Source: Limisphaerales bacterium
GTDB taxonomy: Bacteria > Verrucomicrobiota > Verrucomicrobiia > Limisphaerales > AAA164-E04
Reading direction: 5' to 3'
Assembly: GCA_965203425.1 (NCBI GenBank)
Contig: OZ241891.1
Span: forward strand, 91,289 to 155,288
Length of the DNA stretch: 64,000 nt
Made by a program: the position numbers and the translations under genes. A model generated the notes under the pieces. That model ran no database searches. It worked only from the letters and a program-made list of their open reading frames with translations, and was not told where the DNA came from. Positions 1-9,798 of this stretch are shown piece by piece (position 1 is the first letter of the stretch; every line of letters begins with the position of its first letter).

Positions 1-572
1 ACCATCGCCGCTCTTCCCGCCCTGAAGACTTGGCCGAAGCGCGAAGCATTGAGGCCGAGTCAACGGCGTCTGGAAGTCCGTGGTTGAGGAATCGATTGAG
101 GAGTCCAAAGGGCGCCGGCACTGTGTTTGCTTTGGGGGCGGCTATGGTGATGGGAGGAAGTTGGCTTCTCGTGGATTCCGCAGAAAATTTGGCAAAGAAG
201 ATGGGAGTGTCGTCGATTGTGATTGGCTTGACGATTGTCGCCGTGGGAACTTCCCTGCCTGAATTGGTGACGGCGGTAAAGTCGGCGCGGCAAAACGTGG
301 CTGACCTTGGGGTGGGAAACATTTTGGGAGCCAACGTGGCCAACCTCACATTGGTCATCGGCGGGGCGGCTTCGTTCAAAGATTTGTCGATGGATCGGAT
401 GACGCAGGCGCTGAACTTTCCAGCCTTGATTATCGGCATGTCGCTTGTGTTTTGGATGCTCTTTTCCCGGCAAAGAATTTCCCGCCGCGAGGGGTGGATG
501 TTGATCGCTTATTATTTTGTCTATCTGGCTTTGGTAATGGGGAGTTCCGCGATGAATTCGGCGAAAACATAA
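1..572 (+). CDS. CaCA-family Ca2+/Na+ antiporter (YrbG-like), C-terminal half; 5' end lies outside the window
   Basis: The frame is open to the left edge. ORF 30..572 carries the alpha-2 repeat signatures GTSLPELVTAVKSA and GNILGANVANLTLVIGG plus several hydrophobic helices. Confidence 0.8.
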   Translation, partial: HRRSSRPEDLAEARSIEAESTASGSPWLRNRLRSPKGAGTVFALGAAMVMGGSWLLVDSAENLAKKMGVSSIVIGLTIVAVGTSLPELVTAVKSARQNVADLGVGNILGANVANLTLVIGGAASFKDLSMDRMTQALNFPALIIGMSLVFWMLFSRQRISRREGWMLIAYYFVYLALVMGSSAMNSAKT

Positions 573-1168
573 TGGCGCTCCAAGTTCACTTCAGGCGGGC
601 GACGGTAGAAGATTTGCCTAAACTGCGCGGTTTGTGGCGAACGGCCTTATTGCCCGCTCAAGACTTGGAAAAAACCTTGACAGAGTTCCAGTTGGCTGAA
701 GGTTTGGACGGGCGGTTGATGGGCGCGCTGGGCTTTCAAATTCTCAATCAAGACGCCCGAATTTACGGCGAAGCCTACACGCATTCGGAGACCGAATCTC
801 TGGTCAAGCCGCAGTTGTGGAATCGGTTGAAAGTGCTGGCGGCCAATCAAGGCGTTCACCGGATTTGGACTCAAGAAAAGTCGGCCTTTTGGCCGCAACA
901 AGGATTCGGCGGGGCAACGGTGGAAGATTGCAAACAACTTCCCAAGTCTTTTCAGCGGGCTTCGGGCTCTTGGCGAACGCTGACGCTTCGAGACGAAGCG
1001 GCGGAACAAAGAATCCAGCGGGAAGCCGGCCTGTTTGAAGCCGCCCGCGAGAAAAACCAGTCTCGCCTATCGTTGCAAGCCAAAGCGATTCGATGGATTC
1101 TCGGCTTTGTTGCCGTCGGATTCTGCGCCGCTCTATTTTACTTTGCCGTCCGCGCCTTGATCCGTTAA
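572..1168 (+). CDS. GNAT-like acetyltransferase-fold protein with a C-terminal transmembrane helix
   Basis: The ATG at 572 overlaps the upstream TAA (TAATG coupling). The N-terminus MALQVHFRRATVEDLPKL is typical of small GNAT proteins. The tail ILGFVAVGFCAALFYFAV is hydrophobic. The longer ORF from 452 is out-of-frame overlap. Confidence 0.45.
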   Translation: MALQVHFRRATVEDLPKLRGLWRTALLPAQDLEKTLTEFQLAEGLDGRLMGALGFQILNQDARIYGEAYTHSETESLVKPQLWNRLKVLAANQGVHRIWTQEKSAFWPQQGFGGATVEDCKQLPKSFQRASGSWRTLTLRDEAAEQRIQREAGLFEAAREKNQSRLSLQAKAIRWILGFVAVGFCAALFYFAVRALIR

Positions 1169-1300
1169 CAAACGCGCGGACAGAGCAACGCATTCGATTC
1201 AAAAAGAGGGCAAACACCTTCAAGCCTCTATCGAACGCCTCCCGCGCATTTTCCATAAAAGCGACAGGAAACCAACTCAATCCAAAAGCGAATTCAGAAT

Positions 1301-1552
1301 TCAGAAGGCTTGGCGTTTCTTTTGGAAATGTCGGAGAACGATTACAAAACCCAGCGCAAACAAACCAAAGACAAGAGCGTATTCTTGCGGTTCGGGAACC
1401 AAATCTGCAGGCGCGCTGGAAACTACCGCCCGCAAACCGCCCGAAGTCGGCGTCCCTTGAGTGTCGGCGGCCGCAAAATAAGGGCCGAAGATGTAGTTGT
1501 AAAAATACTCGCCGCCGGCTGTGACGGTGAATTCGTTAATGGGATAAGGCAA
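1301..1552 (-). CDS. Short ORF ending in a PEP-CTERM sorting signal; probably the 3' remnant of a larger secreted-protein gene
   Basis: The C-terminus VPEPQEYALVFGLFALGFVIVLRHFQKKR matches PEP + TM helix + basic tail. There is no signal peptide. The start is TTG, five codons after an in-frame TAG. Confidence 0.5.
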   Translation of the reverse strand: MPYPINEFTVTAGGEYFYNYIFGPYFAAADTQGTPTSGGLRAVVSSAPADLVPEPQEYALVFGLFALGFVIVLRHFQKKRQAF

Positions 1553-2932
1553 AGTGCCTTGCCTACTCTACGAGACGGCGTCGTTGATGGAATAGCTGAG
1601 CGAACTTGCCACAACTCGAATGCCCACCACGCGTCCACGCTTCCTAGTTTGATGACTTTGGTGGGCGTTGGGGTTTTCTTTTTGCGCTTCAAGACTAAGA
1701 GCATTTCGCCTTGATTGGTGTGGCCGGAGAAGAAGATTCGTTTTGGGTCGTAGGAAACGATGATGTACTGGATGTGGAAGTGTTTGGCCAGCCAGAGGCG
1801 AGTTTCTTTGCCCGGTAGCAGAGTAGCGGTGGATGCGGGCAGGACGAGTCCGGCTTTGCCGATGTTCGGGTCAATGTATTTGTGAACGAGTTCAATGAAG
1901 CCGTTGGTGTTGTGCGAACTGTTGAGTTTCAAATCTCGTTGAATGGATTTCTCTTTTGCGCAGTTTCTTTTCCACATCTATCTCATTTTCTTTTTTCTCA
2001 TCGGTTTTGTTGGGTTTGAATTGTTTAAACCGTTTGTATTCGATGGTGAACGGCGGGTTCATGATGGCGAAGTGGAAGGATGCGGGCATATGAATGGGTT
2101 CCGGTTGGCGCTCGAGGCCGTGGCCGGTGGAATGGTGGGAGAACAATTCGCCTTGGCCAAGTGGTTGGTAGAAGTACCAATCGTCTTTGTTGTCCAGCAA
2201 CATTTCCAATGAGCCGAGCCGGACTTCTTCTTTGCGTTCGGGGTGTTCGCCCAGTGGCATGGCGCGCAGTTGCGTATGCTTGAATTGGACGGAGGGCGCA
2301 ATCATGCCTAAGCCGGTTGCGGTTTGGAAGATGGCGCGGCGGTTGCAGTCGAAGCCGTAGAGCATTTTCTCGAACAAGGCGTTGGCCACTTCTTCGCGGT
2401 CTTTCTTCTTTACTTGGTCGAGGATGTAGTTGGCGCAGGCAATCAATAGCGTGCCGCTGCCGCAAGCGAAGTCGACGATGCGCAGGCTTTTGACTTTCTC
2501 CACGTCTTTCCAGTTGATGCGGGATTTATGGAACATCAGGCGGGTGAGCAGAGTAGCGGCCGGGAGAGTGGTATACATGGCGCCTTCGTGTTTGGCGGCT
2601 TCGATGGCGTTGCAGAAAGTAATGCCGACGACGTCTCTGGGCATTTCGCCTTTGGCCATTTGAATGGATTGGGCGGCTTGCGCGAGCAGTTTGACGACGT
2701 CGTTGCCGTGCTGTCCGATTTCGCCCCCGCAACTGGTCAATGCTTTGAGGATGGCGATGTTCCACGCGAGAATGTCTTTGTAATCTACCGTGAGCCATTT
2801 GTCGTAGGCGTCGATGAAGCAGGTGATGCGGTTGCCTGTGCCGTAGGGGAAGGGGACTTGAGGTGCCGCATCGATTCTCGCTTTTTGGAGGATGCGGGCG
2901 AGGTCCGCATTGAGTGAATGTTCGTCAGGCAT
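1423..2932 (-). pseudogene. N6-adenine DNA methyltransferase (gamma-class, N6_Mtase-like), frameshifted and probably 3'-truncated
   Basis: The ATG at 2932 (MPDEHS..) leads into motif I VDFACGSGTLL and motif IV MNPPF in ORF 1892..3190. The continuation (NTNGFIELVHKY, GKAGLVLPASTATLLPG, LLVLKRK) lies in another frame in ORF 1423..1977. The frames join at an A4 run on the coding strand (plus-strand T4 at 1954-1957). The last ~40 codons look out of frame and run into the PEP-CTERM remnant. Confidence 0.75.
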
Positions 2933-3065
2933 TTTTGTCTTTGGATTTATTGTCCCAATTTTCCTAGCGCAAGGAGGCAAGCTTACTCGATGGAAGGCAA
3001 AGCGCAAAATGGGAATCTGGAGGCTTGCCGTTTTTCCAGCGAAGGCGTAAAGTTTTGGGATTGTT

Positions 3066-4523
3066 ATGTTTTTCCAAAGAAAAGAACGTCGTTCGCCGTT
3101 TCGCTGGTTTGGTTTGCTTTGCGTTTTTCTAGCTTTTTGTTGGATCGCCGGCGCCGAGTCGAAGCGTTCGCCAAACATTGTCTTTATCATGGTGGATGAC
3201 TTGGGCTACGGTGATTTGGGTTGCTTTGGCGGGCAAGCGATTGAAACGCCGAACTTGGATCGCTTGGCGGCCAAGGGGATCGCCTTTTCCCAATGTTATT
3301 CCGGCTCCACGGTTTGCGCGCCCGCGCGGGCGACACTGATGACCGGCAAACACATGGGCAAGGTAGCGCTTCGCGGCAATACAGGCGGTATTCCTTTGCC
3401 GTCGGAAGAAACCACGATTCCCGAACTTTTGAAACAGGCCGGCTACGTTACCGGCGGCTTTGGCAAGTGGGGACTGGGCGACATCGGCACGGAGGGAGTG
3501 CCCGAAGCGCAGGGCTTTGACCTTTTCTACGGATATTATCACCAAATTCACGCCCATTATTTCTATCCCGATTATCTGGTGCGGAACAGCGAGAAAGTGA
3601 TGTTGCTTGGCAATGCGGGATTCTACGACGCAAAGCCGAAGGCGGGTTTTGTGGAGGCGGTTGATCCGGCAACGGGAAGGAATCGGCAGTTTGCCCACGA
3701 TCTTATTTTTGCCGAAACGCTGAACTTTATTCGCAAGCATCGGCAGTCTCCATTTTTTTGTTATGCGCCTTGGACGCCGCCGCACGGCCGCTACGAGTTT
3801 CCGGCGGACGATCCGGCGGCCTTGAAATACGCCGACCGGCCTTGGTCGATCAAAGCCAAAGTGATTGCCGCCATGGTCTCGCAAATCGACCGCCAAGTCG
3901 GCGAGTTGTTGAACTTGCTGGACGAACTGGGGATTGCTGAAAACACGATTGTCTTCTTCTGCTCGGATCACGGCGCGGCGGAACGGCTGGACGGCGAACT
4001 CAATTCCTGCGGCTCTCTCAAAGGCCGCAAGCGAAGCATGTATGAAGGCGGATTGAGAACGCCGATGCTCGTCCGCTGGCCGGGTAAAATCGCCGCCGGA
4101 CGCAAAAGCGACTTCGTCTGGTATTTTCCCGACGTTCTGCCGACTTTGCTGGATTTGGCAGGAATGGCCGGCGCAACGCCCGAAGGTTTGGACGGCGTTT
4201 CCATCCTGCCGACTTTGCTGGGACAAGGCTTGCAGCGGCAACATCCCGAACTTTACTGGGAGTGGCCGAAATACGACTGGAAAAACCGCCGATACACCAA
4301 TCTGATGCAAGCGATCCGAATGGGCGATATGAAACTCCTCCGCCACCAAAGAGGCCAACCTTGGGAACTCTACAACATCTCAACTGATCCCGGAGAAAAC
4401 GACAACTTGGCGGCAATCTACCCCGGCATCGTCGCCCGAATGAGCCTGCGCATGCAGGAAATCCGAACGCCGCATAAACCTCTCCCAGAGCCTGCTATGC
4501 CGCCGGGCCGCAGATACCGTTGA
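3066..4523 (+). CDS. Arylsulfatase A-family sulfatase, secreted
   Basis: Signal peptide present. PNIVFIMVDDLGYGDLGCFGG is followed by the formylglycine motif CAPARATLMTGK. The C-terminus is sulfatase-like (SDHG, EGGLRTP). Confidence 0.92.
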   Translation: MFFQRKERRSPFRWFGLLCVFLAFCWIAGAESKRSPNIVFIMVDDLGYGDLGCFGGQAIETPNLDRLAAKGIAFSQCYSGSTVCAPARATLMTGKHMGKVALRGNTGGIPLPSEETTIPELLKQAGYVTGGFGKWGLGDIGTEGVPEAQGFDLFYGYYHQIHAHYFYPDYLVRNSEKVMLLGNAGFYDAKPKAGFVEAVDPATGRNRQFAHDLIFAETLNFIRKHRQSPFFCYAPWTPPHGRYEFPADDPAALKYADRPWSIKAKVIAAMVSQIDRQVGELLNLLDELGIAENTIVFFCSDHGAAERLDGELNSCGSLKGRKRSMYEGGLRTPMLVRWPGKIAAGRKSDFVWYFPDVLPTLLDLAGMAGATPEGLDGVSILPTLLGQGLQRQHPELYWEWPKYDWKNRRYTNLMQAIRMGDMKLLRHQRGQPWELYNISTDPGENDNLAAIYPGIVARMSLRMQEIRTPHKPLPEPAMPPGRRYR

Positions 4524-4765
4524 CCGCACTTTGCCTTCGGCTCGCCGACAAAGCCAATCCGCCGGCAGAAACAAAATTCCGACGGGCGGAAAAAGAGACT
4601 GGACTTTTTAGACAATCGAAATATTCTGCCTTCGGCCTTGTAACGCAAATCACAGAATCAAATCCCCCGCCGACGCAAGCGAAGAGTTTGATGCGGAGAA
4701 TCGCAGTGGTGAAGGAATGGAAAGCCTCCATATTAGCCTGCTAACCATAGGACGGGCGAGGAGAG

Positions 4766-5053
4766 ATGGGCAAGAAGAATGACGAGAAGACGCTGCTCTG
4801 GCGGCTCTACGACAAGCATTATTGCAAGTATAGCCAGCGGGATCCAAACCAACCGGAGATGCAGTTTGCGCCGGCCAAACGAGACTTCGCCTTCGAACGC
4901 TGGATAGGGGATCATCCACAGTATGTGACTTACGTGCATCGGGGAGCGGGCAGCGGAGAGGGCAATTATGTCGACACGAATTTCCAGTTGCTCGTGGCGC
5001 ACGGGAACGTGGAGATGTGGGCAAAGAACTGCGTTTGTTGTGGGAAGAAATAG
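4766..5053 (+). CDS. Hypothetical protein (first of two overlapping ORFs)
   Basis: ORF only, with no recognisable motif. It overlaps the next ORF in a different frame around 5017-5053, so the two may be one gene split by a frameshift. Confidence 0.3.
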   Translation: MGKKNDEKTLLWRLYDKHYCKYSQRDPNQPEMQFAPAKRDFAFERWIGDHPQYVTYVHRGAGSGEGNYVDTNFQLLVAHGNVEMWAKNCVCCGKK

Positions 5054-5292
5054 ACGGGGACTTGGAAGACTATCCTTTGCGGCGCAAGGCTTTTTGGAAG
5101 GATTACACGAAGGAAGAATGGGAGCAACGCCTGCGCCAACTCCCCCGCGTCTATGGGGGATGCAGCTGGCAGAAGAATCACAAAGAACAATTGAAAAACA
5201 AGATAAAGCGGATGCGGGAATTAGAAGCAGAAATCCGCCGCAGGCAAGAGGCGGGAGAGAGCATTACCGAGGATGGCGAGCCGGGACCGTAG
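5017..5292 (+). CDS. Hypothetical charged coiled-coil-like protein (second overlapping ORF)
   Basis: ORF only, with a GTG start. The C-terminal half is K/E/R-rich (KEQLKNKIKRMRELEAEIRRRQEAGE). Confidence 0.3.
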   Translation: MGKELRLLWEEIDGDLEDYPLRRKAFWKDYTKEEWEQRLRQLPRVYGGCSWQKNHKEQLKNKIKRMRELEAEIRRRQEAGESITEDGEPGP

Positions 5293-5403
5293 AAAGAGTT
5301 CTGTGAACACGGCCCGATACTGGCTATTTCTCTGCCGCTTGGCTGCTTGTTTTATTACGGGATGTGGAAAATTGGGAAACATATTTGGCATGCTATTTTT
5401 AAC

Positions 5404-5431
5404 TTGACTTTTATTGGATTTTGTGTATAGT
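5404..5431 (+). promoter_or_regulatory. Sigma70-like promoter candidate upstream of the YceI-like gene
   Basis: TTGACT (5404-5409), a 16-nt spacer, then TATAGT (5426-5431), in an AT-rich intergenic stretch. A TTAATTAA palindrome follows. Confidence 0.3.
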
Positions 5432-5483
5432 TTGATTAATTAATAAACACAAAATAAGGAATGAAAAAGAATCCATTGCATTT

Positions 5484-6134
5484 ATGAAGTCCAAACAACG
5501 CAAACCGAATTCGCAAATTATGACGGGATTTTTCGCGCTGGCCGCTGTTGCTCTGGCCGGTTGCAGCGATCCCGCCGAAGGCGTGAAAGAAGCCGAAGTC
5601 GCGGCGCCCGCAGGCGAAAGCGCAGAAACAGAGGCGGTTGCCGGCGCCAAAACCTACACAATCCACCCGGACTCGAAGATAGACTTTACCGGATCCAAAA
5701 TCACCGCCAGCCACAGCGGCGGCTTCAAAACCTTCGCCGGCACAATTGCAGTCGCCGACGGAAACCTCGCGCCGCCCAGTCGCATTGAGATCGACATGAA
5801 CTCCACTTGGTCAGACAACGAGCGTTTGAGCCGGCACTTGAAAAACAAAGACTTCTTCGATGTTCCCACTTATCCCACCTCAACGTTCGTCCTCACTGCC
5901 TCAGAGCGATCCGGCGAAGAATACACAATCACCGGTGACCTTACCCTCCACGGCGTTACAAAAAGCATCCGCTTTCCCGCAAAAATCTCGATTACCGACG
6001 AGCAAGTAAGCCTGACGGCCGAATTTTCCATCATGCGCTTTGACTTTGACATCGTCTATAAAGGAAGAGCCGACGACTTGATCCGCGACAGAGTGGTCAT
6101 TCGACTGGACGTCAAAGCAATCGCCGACGCTTGA
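5484..6134 (+). CDS. YceI-like polyisoprenoid-binding lipoprotein
   Basis: Lipobox LAGCS. The YceI-domain pattern reads YTIHPDSKIDFTGSKITASHSGGFKTF ... ITGDLTLHGVTKSIRFPAKI. Confidence 0.85.
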   Translation: MKSKQRKPNSQIMTGFFALAAVALAGCSDPAEGVKEAEVAAPAGESAETEAVAGAKTYTIHPDSKIDFTGSKITASHSGGFKTFAGTIAVADGNLAPPSRIEIDMNSTWSDNERLSRHLKNKDFFDVPTYPTSTFVLTASERSGEEYTITGDLTLHGVTKSIRFPAKISITDEQVSLTAEFSIMRFDFDIVYKGRADDLIRDRVVIRLDVKAIADA

Positions 6135-6185
6135 TTCCCTAAACACAGTCAAAACCCAATTCTGCGTCGCGGCGACTCCCCGCTT

Positions 6186-9100
6186 GTGCCGGAGAAATTT
6201 CGGCGCGAGCCGATCCATTGCAGCCAAGCCGTGAACGAAAAACCCAGCAAACAGCGGCACATTCTGGACAATCAGACCGCTAAGGTTTTCCACTATCTGC
6301 AAGAAAACCTTGCCGACGCCGACTCCTTCCGCCTCGTCTCCGCCTACTTCAGCATTTACGGCTACGACTTGCTCGCCAAAGAACTGAACACCGTCCGCCA
6401 AGTTTGTTTTCTCTTCGGCGACCCCGCCTCGATAAAAGAACCTGATCCAGTCGCCAAAGAACCCAAATCCTTTGCCTTTACCGAGCGAGGACTTTCGCCG
6501 CACCGCACTTTGCAACAGAAGCAACTGGCCCGACAATGCGCCCAATGGATGCAAAAAGACGCCGTAAAAGTCCGCTCGATCAGGCATTCCAACTTTTTGC
6601 ACGGCAAAATGTACCTTGCCGAATCCGCCGGCAAAACCCCCAGTGCCGTCATCGGCAGCTCCAACTTTACCCGGCGCGGACTTGGCAGCAACGACGGCGC
6701 CAACCTCGAAATTAACATCGCGCTCTCCGACGGCCCACTCCTTGCCGAACTGCGCGCTTGGTTCGACAAACTCTGGAGCAACGACGACCTTACTTACGAC
6801 GCCAAACGAGAAGCTCTCAACGCCCTCAACCGCCTCGGCAAGGACTACGCTCCAGAGTTCATTTATTTCAAAACGCTCTACGAACTCTTCCGCAACGCTC
6901 TCAAAGACCAAGACGACTCCGATCGACACATCCGCGAAACACAACTCCAAGACACTGCCATTTGGAACGCTCCGCTCTTTGGATTCCAAAAGGATGGCGC
7001 GAAAAGCGTTATATCCAAGCTGAACCGACACAACGGCTGCATTCTCGCCGACAGCGTCGGACTCGGCAAAACCTACACCGCGCTGGCTGTCATCAAATAC
7101 TACGAACTCCGCAACGAGAACGTCCTTGTCCTCTGCCCTAAGAAACTCATGGGCAACTGGTCATTGTATCAGGCGGCGAACAACCATGTCCAGAACCCGT
7201 TTGCGGAAGACCGTTTCGGCTACACCCTGCTGGCACACACCGACCTGTCGCGCGAGCGGGGAATGTCCGGCGGGATAAACCTCGCTAATTTCAACTGGTC
7301 GGCGTTCGACATGGTCGTCATAGACGAATCGCACAACTTCCGCAACGATGGCGGCAAGCGCTACCGGAAGCTGCTTGACGACGTTATCAAGGGAGGCGCG
7401 CGGACGAAAGTCCTCATGCTGTCGGCGACGCCCGTCAACACAAGCCTAATCGACCTCCGCAACCAGATTTACCTGATGACGGAGAAGCGCGAGGACGCCT
7501 TCCGCGAGAGTTTGGGTGTGGGCGACATCCGCCAAATCATGAAAGACGCCCAGCGCGAGTTTCAGATTTGGGAAAGCGGGCTTTCGCGCGACAAGGCGGG
7601 GCTTATGAGCAGACTCGGTGCGGACTTCCTGCGCCTGCTCGACGGCGTCTCCATATCGCGCTCGCGGCGGCAGATAGAGCACTTTTACGCCGAAGACTTG
7701 AAGCGAGAGCGAGTGGGCAGCTTCCCGAAGCGCAAAGCCCCCCGTCAACCTCTACCCGCCCACCGATACGCTCGGCGAGCTTTCCTACGACGGGGTCGCC
7801 GCCGTCATAAACAGATTCGCCCTCTCCATATACCGTCCGTCCGACTATCTGCTCGCGGTCTCCAAGCCCCGCGAGAAACAGGTCGCCCGAAATCTGGTCG
7901 GGATGATTCGAACCAACTTCCTCAAACGGCTTGAAAGCTCGCCGCGCTCGCTCGCTCGCACCTTGCGCCGAGTCATCGGGAAAATGGATAAGCTGCTGGA
8001 AAAGATAAGACTGTATCGAGAAGGCTCTCCGATCGTCGCGCTCGCAAGCCCGGGCATGGGAATGTTTCCGGGAGAACTATTAGAGAGACGGTTGCCCGAC
8101 GACGCAACGGATGACGGCTACGCCACTTACGGCGATGACGAAGCCATCGAAGACGACGAAGATTTCGTCAAAGACAGCCACGACCGCCGCTACAGACTCT
8201 CCGAGATGGACTTGAGCCGCTGGCAGGCGGACATGGAAACCGACCGCGCCATGCTGGCGGACGTCCTGAAAGATGTGGATAAAGTCACGCCGGAGCGCGA
8301 CGGCAAGCTGCGGAAAATCAAAGAAATCATCCGCGAAAAGGCGACGAACCTGACAATCGACCGCGACGGCAACGCAAACCGCAAGACGCTGGTGTTCACC
8401 ACTTTCAAGGACACGGCGCGGTATTTGTACGAGAATTTGACCGATCTCGCCCGCGAACTGAATATCAAAATCGCAATGGTCTCGGGCGACGAAACGCACA
8501 CCTCGGTTGGCGACAACAATTTCAACGCCATCCTCACTAACTTTGCCCCTGTCGCGCGCAACCGCAGGGCCGTGGACGCCGCCGCGGACATTGACCTGCT
8601 AATCGCCACCGACTGCATATCCGAAGGGCAGAACCTGCAGGATTGCGATAGGGTGATCAACTACGACATCCATTGGAACCCCATCAGGATAATCCAGCGT
8701 TTCGGGCGCATAGACCGCATCGGCAGCCAAAGCAAAACCGTCCGCATGGTCAACTGCTGGCCGACGGAGGATATGGACGCCTATCTGCGTCTCGAGAACC
8801 GCGTTCGGACGCGGATGGCGCTCGCGGACGCCGCCGCCACCGGCGACGCCAACCCGCTCGACGAGGACGCCGCTCGCCGTGAAATCAAGTTCCGCGACGA
8901 CCAGCTCTTGCGCCTGCGCGAAGAAGCTGTCGCGCTGGAAGACGTCCCCACTCTGGGCGACTTCACAATGGACTACTTCCTCGCTCAACTCCGCCAATAC
9001 TTGGAGAAAAACAAAGCCGAACTCGAAGCCGCCCCCATCGGCGCCTATGCCATAACACCCTCAAAACCCGCAAACGGCGACGACTCCGGCGTAATCTTTC

Positions 9101-9514
9101 TCTTGCGCCAAACCAACACCTAAGCCCTCAATCCCTGCCAGCGCACCGCAAGCCCCGTTCATCCCTTTTCCCTTGTCTACATTAAAAACGACGGAACCAT
9201 CCGTTACGGCTGCGCCAGCATCCGCCAAGCCCTCGAATTCTTTGAAAAGATCGCCGCCGGCCAAACAGAACCCATCATGCGCCTCTGCGACTGGTTCGAC
9301 CGCGAAACCGCGCAAGGCAGGCAAATGCAACGCTATGACGAGCTGCTCAAAAAAAGTCGCCGCCCACATCCGGCAAGCGCACAACGACGCCCAATTCTCC
9401 GCCCTTAAATCCGGCGGCGGCCGCGAATTCATTCTTCCAAAAATCTCTGAATCGCCCAACAATGCAAACAATCTTGAATTAATCACATGGCTGATTATCG
9501 CTGGGAAAATCTAG
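6186..9514 (+). pseudogene. PLD(HKD)-nuclease domain fused to an SNF2-family helicase; broken by two frameshifts and one nonsense codon
   Basis: HKD motif HGKMYLAES..GSSNFTRRG. SNF2 motifs are ILADSVGLGKTYTA, VVIDESHNFRN, MLSATPVNT, LIATDCISEGQNLQ and HWNPIRIIQRFGRIDRIG. Reading frame 0 changes to frame 1 at a C6 run (7738-7743). An in-frame TAA sits at 9121-9123 with a conserved-looking continuation (HPFSLVYIKNDGTIRYG). Frame 1 changes to frame 2 at an A7 run (9349-9355). The ORF ends LELITWLIIAGKI at 9514. Confidence 0.85.
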
Positions 9515-9798
9515 AGCTCGTTGGTCGCATCGAAGTGGCTCTTGCTAGAATCAAAGGGGTTAACTTTTCTGTGGGGGTGCGGAGGCTTCTGGGGGTTATG
9601 GGGTATGAGAGCGAGCGGGTTTGGGAAGGGAGGAGCGGGGGTTTTGAGAGGGGGATTGCTTGGCTTGGGAAGCCGGAGACTTCTGGGGAGCGAGAGTTAT
9701 TGAGGCATGCTAGCTTTGTTGGTTTGGTTTTCCAATTTGCTGAGGAAGAGATGCGGGGGGGGGGGGGGGGAGCGTCTTTCCGAGGAGAGCCTTCATAG
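9487..9798 (+). other. N-terminal segment of the downstream methyltransferase, cut off by the poly-G tract
   Basis: ATG at 9487 (MADYRWENLELVG...). The frame reads through the G tract as GGGGG and stops 8 codons later. Removing one G fuses it in frame to ORF 9707..12562. Confidence 0.7.

Noticed and set aside
3129-4358. 409-aa ORF on the minus strand
   Set aside because: It is fully antisense to the sulfatase gene, R/A/G-rich, and has no recognisable domain.
5901-7031. 376-aa ORF on the minus strand
   Set aside because: It lies antisense to the YceI and PLD-SNF2 genes, which have clear motifs. Its sequence is repetitive and V/G/A/F-rich, with no motif. It is a typical shadow ORF.
9173-9514. 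113-aa ORF treated as a separate gene
   Set aside because: Only its last ~50 residues look protein-like, and they continue the SNF2 C-terminus after the A7 frameshift. It is folded into the pseudogene call.
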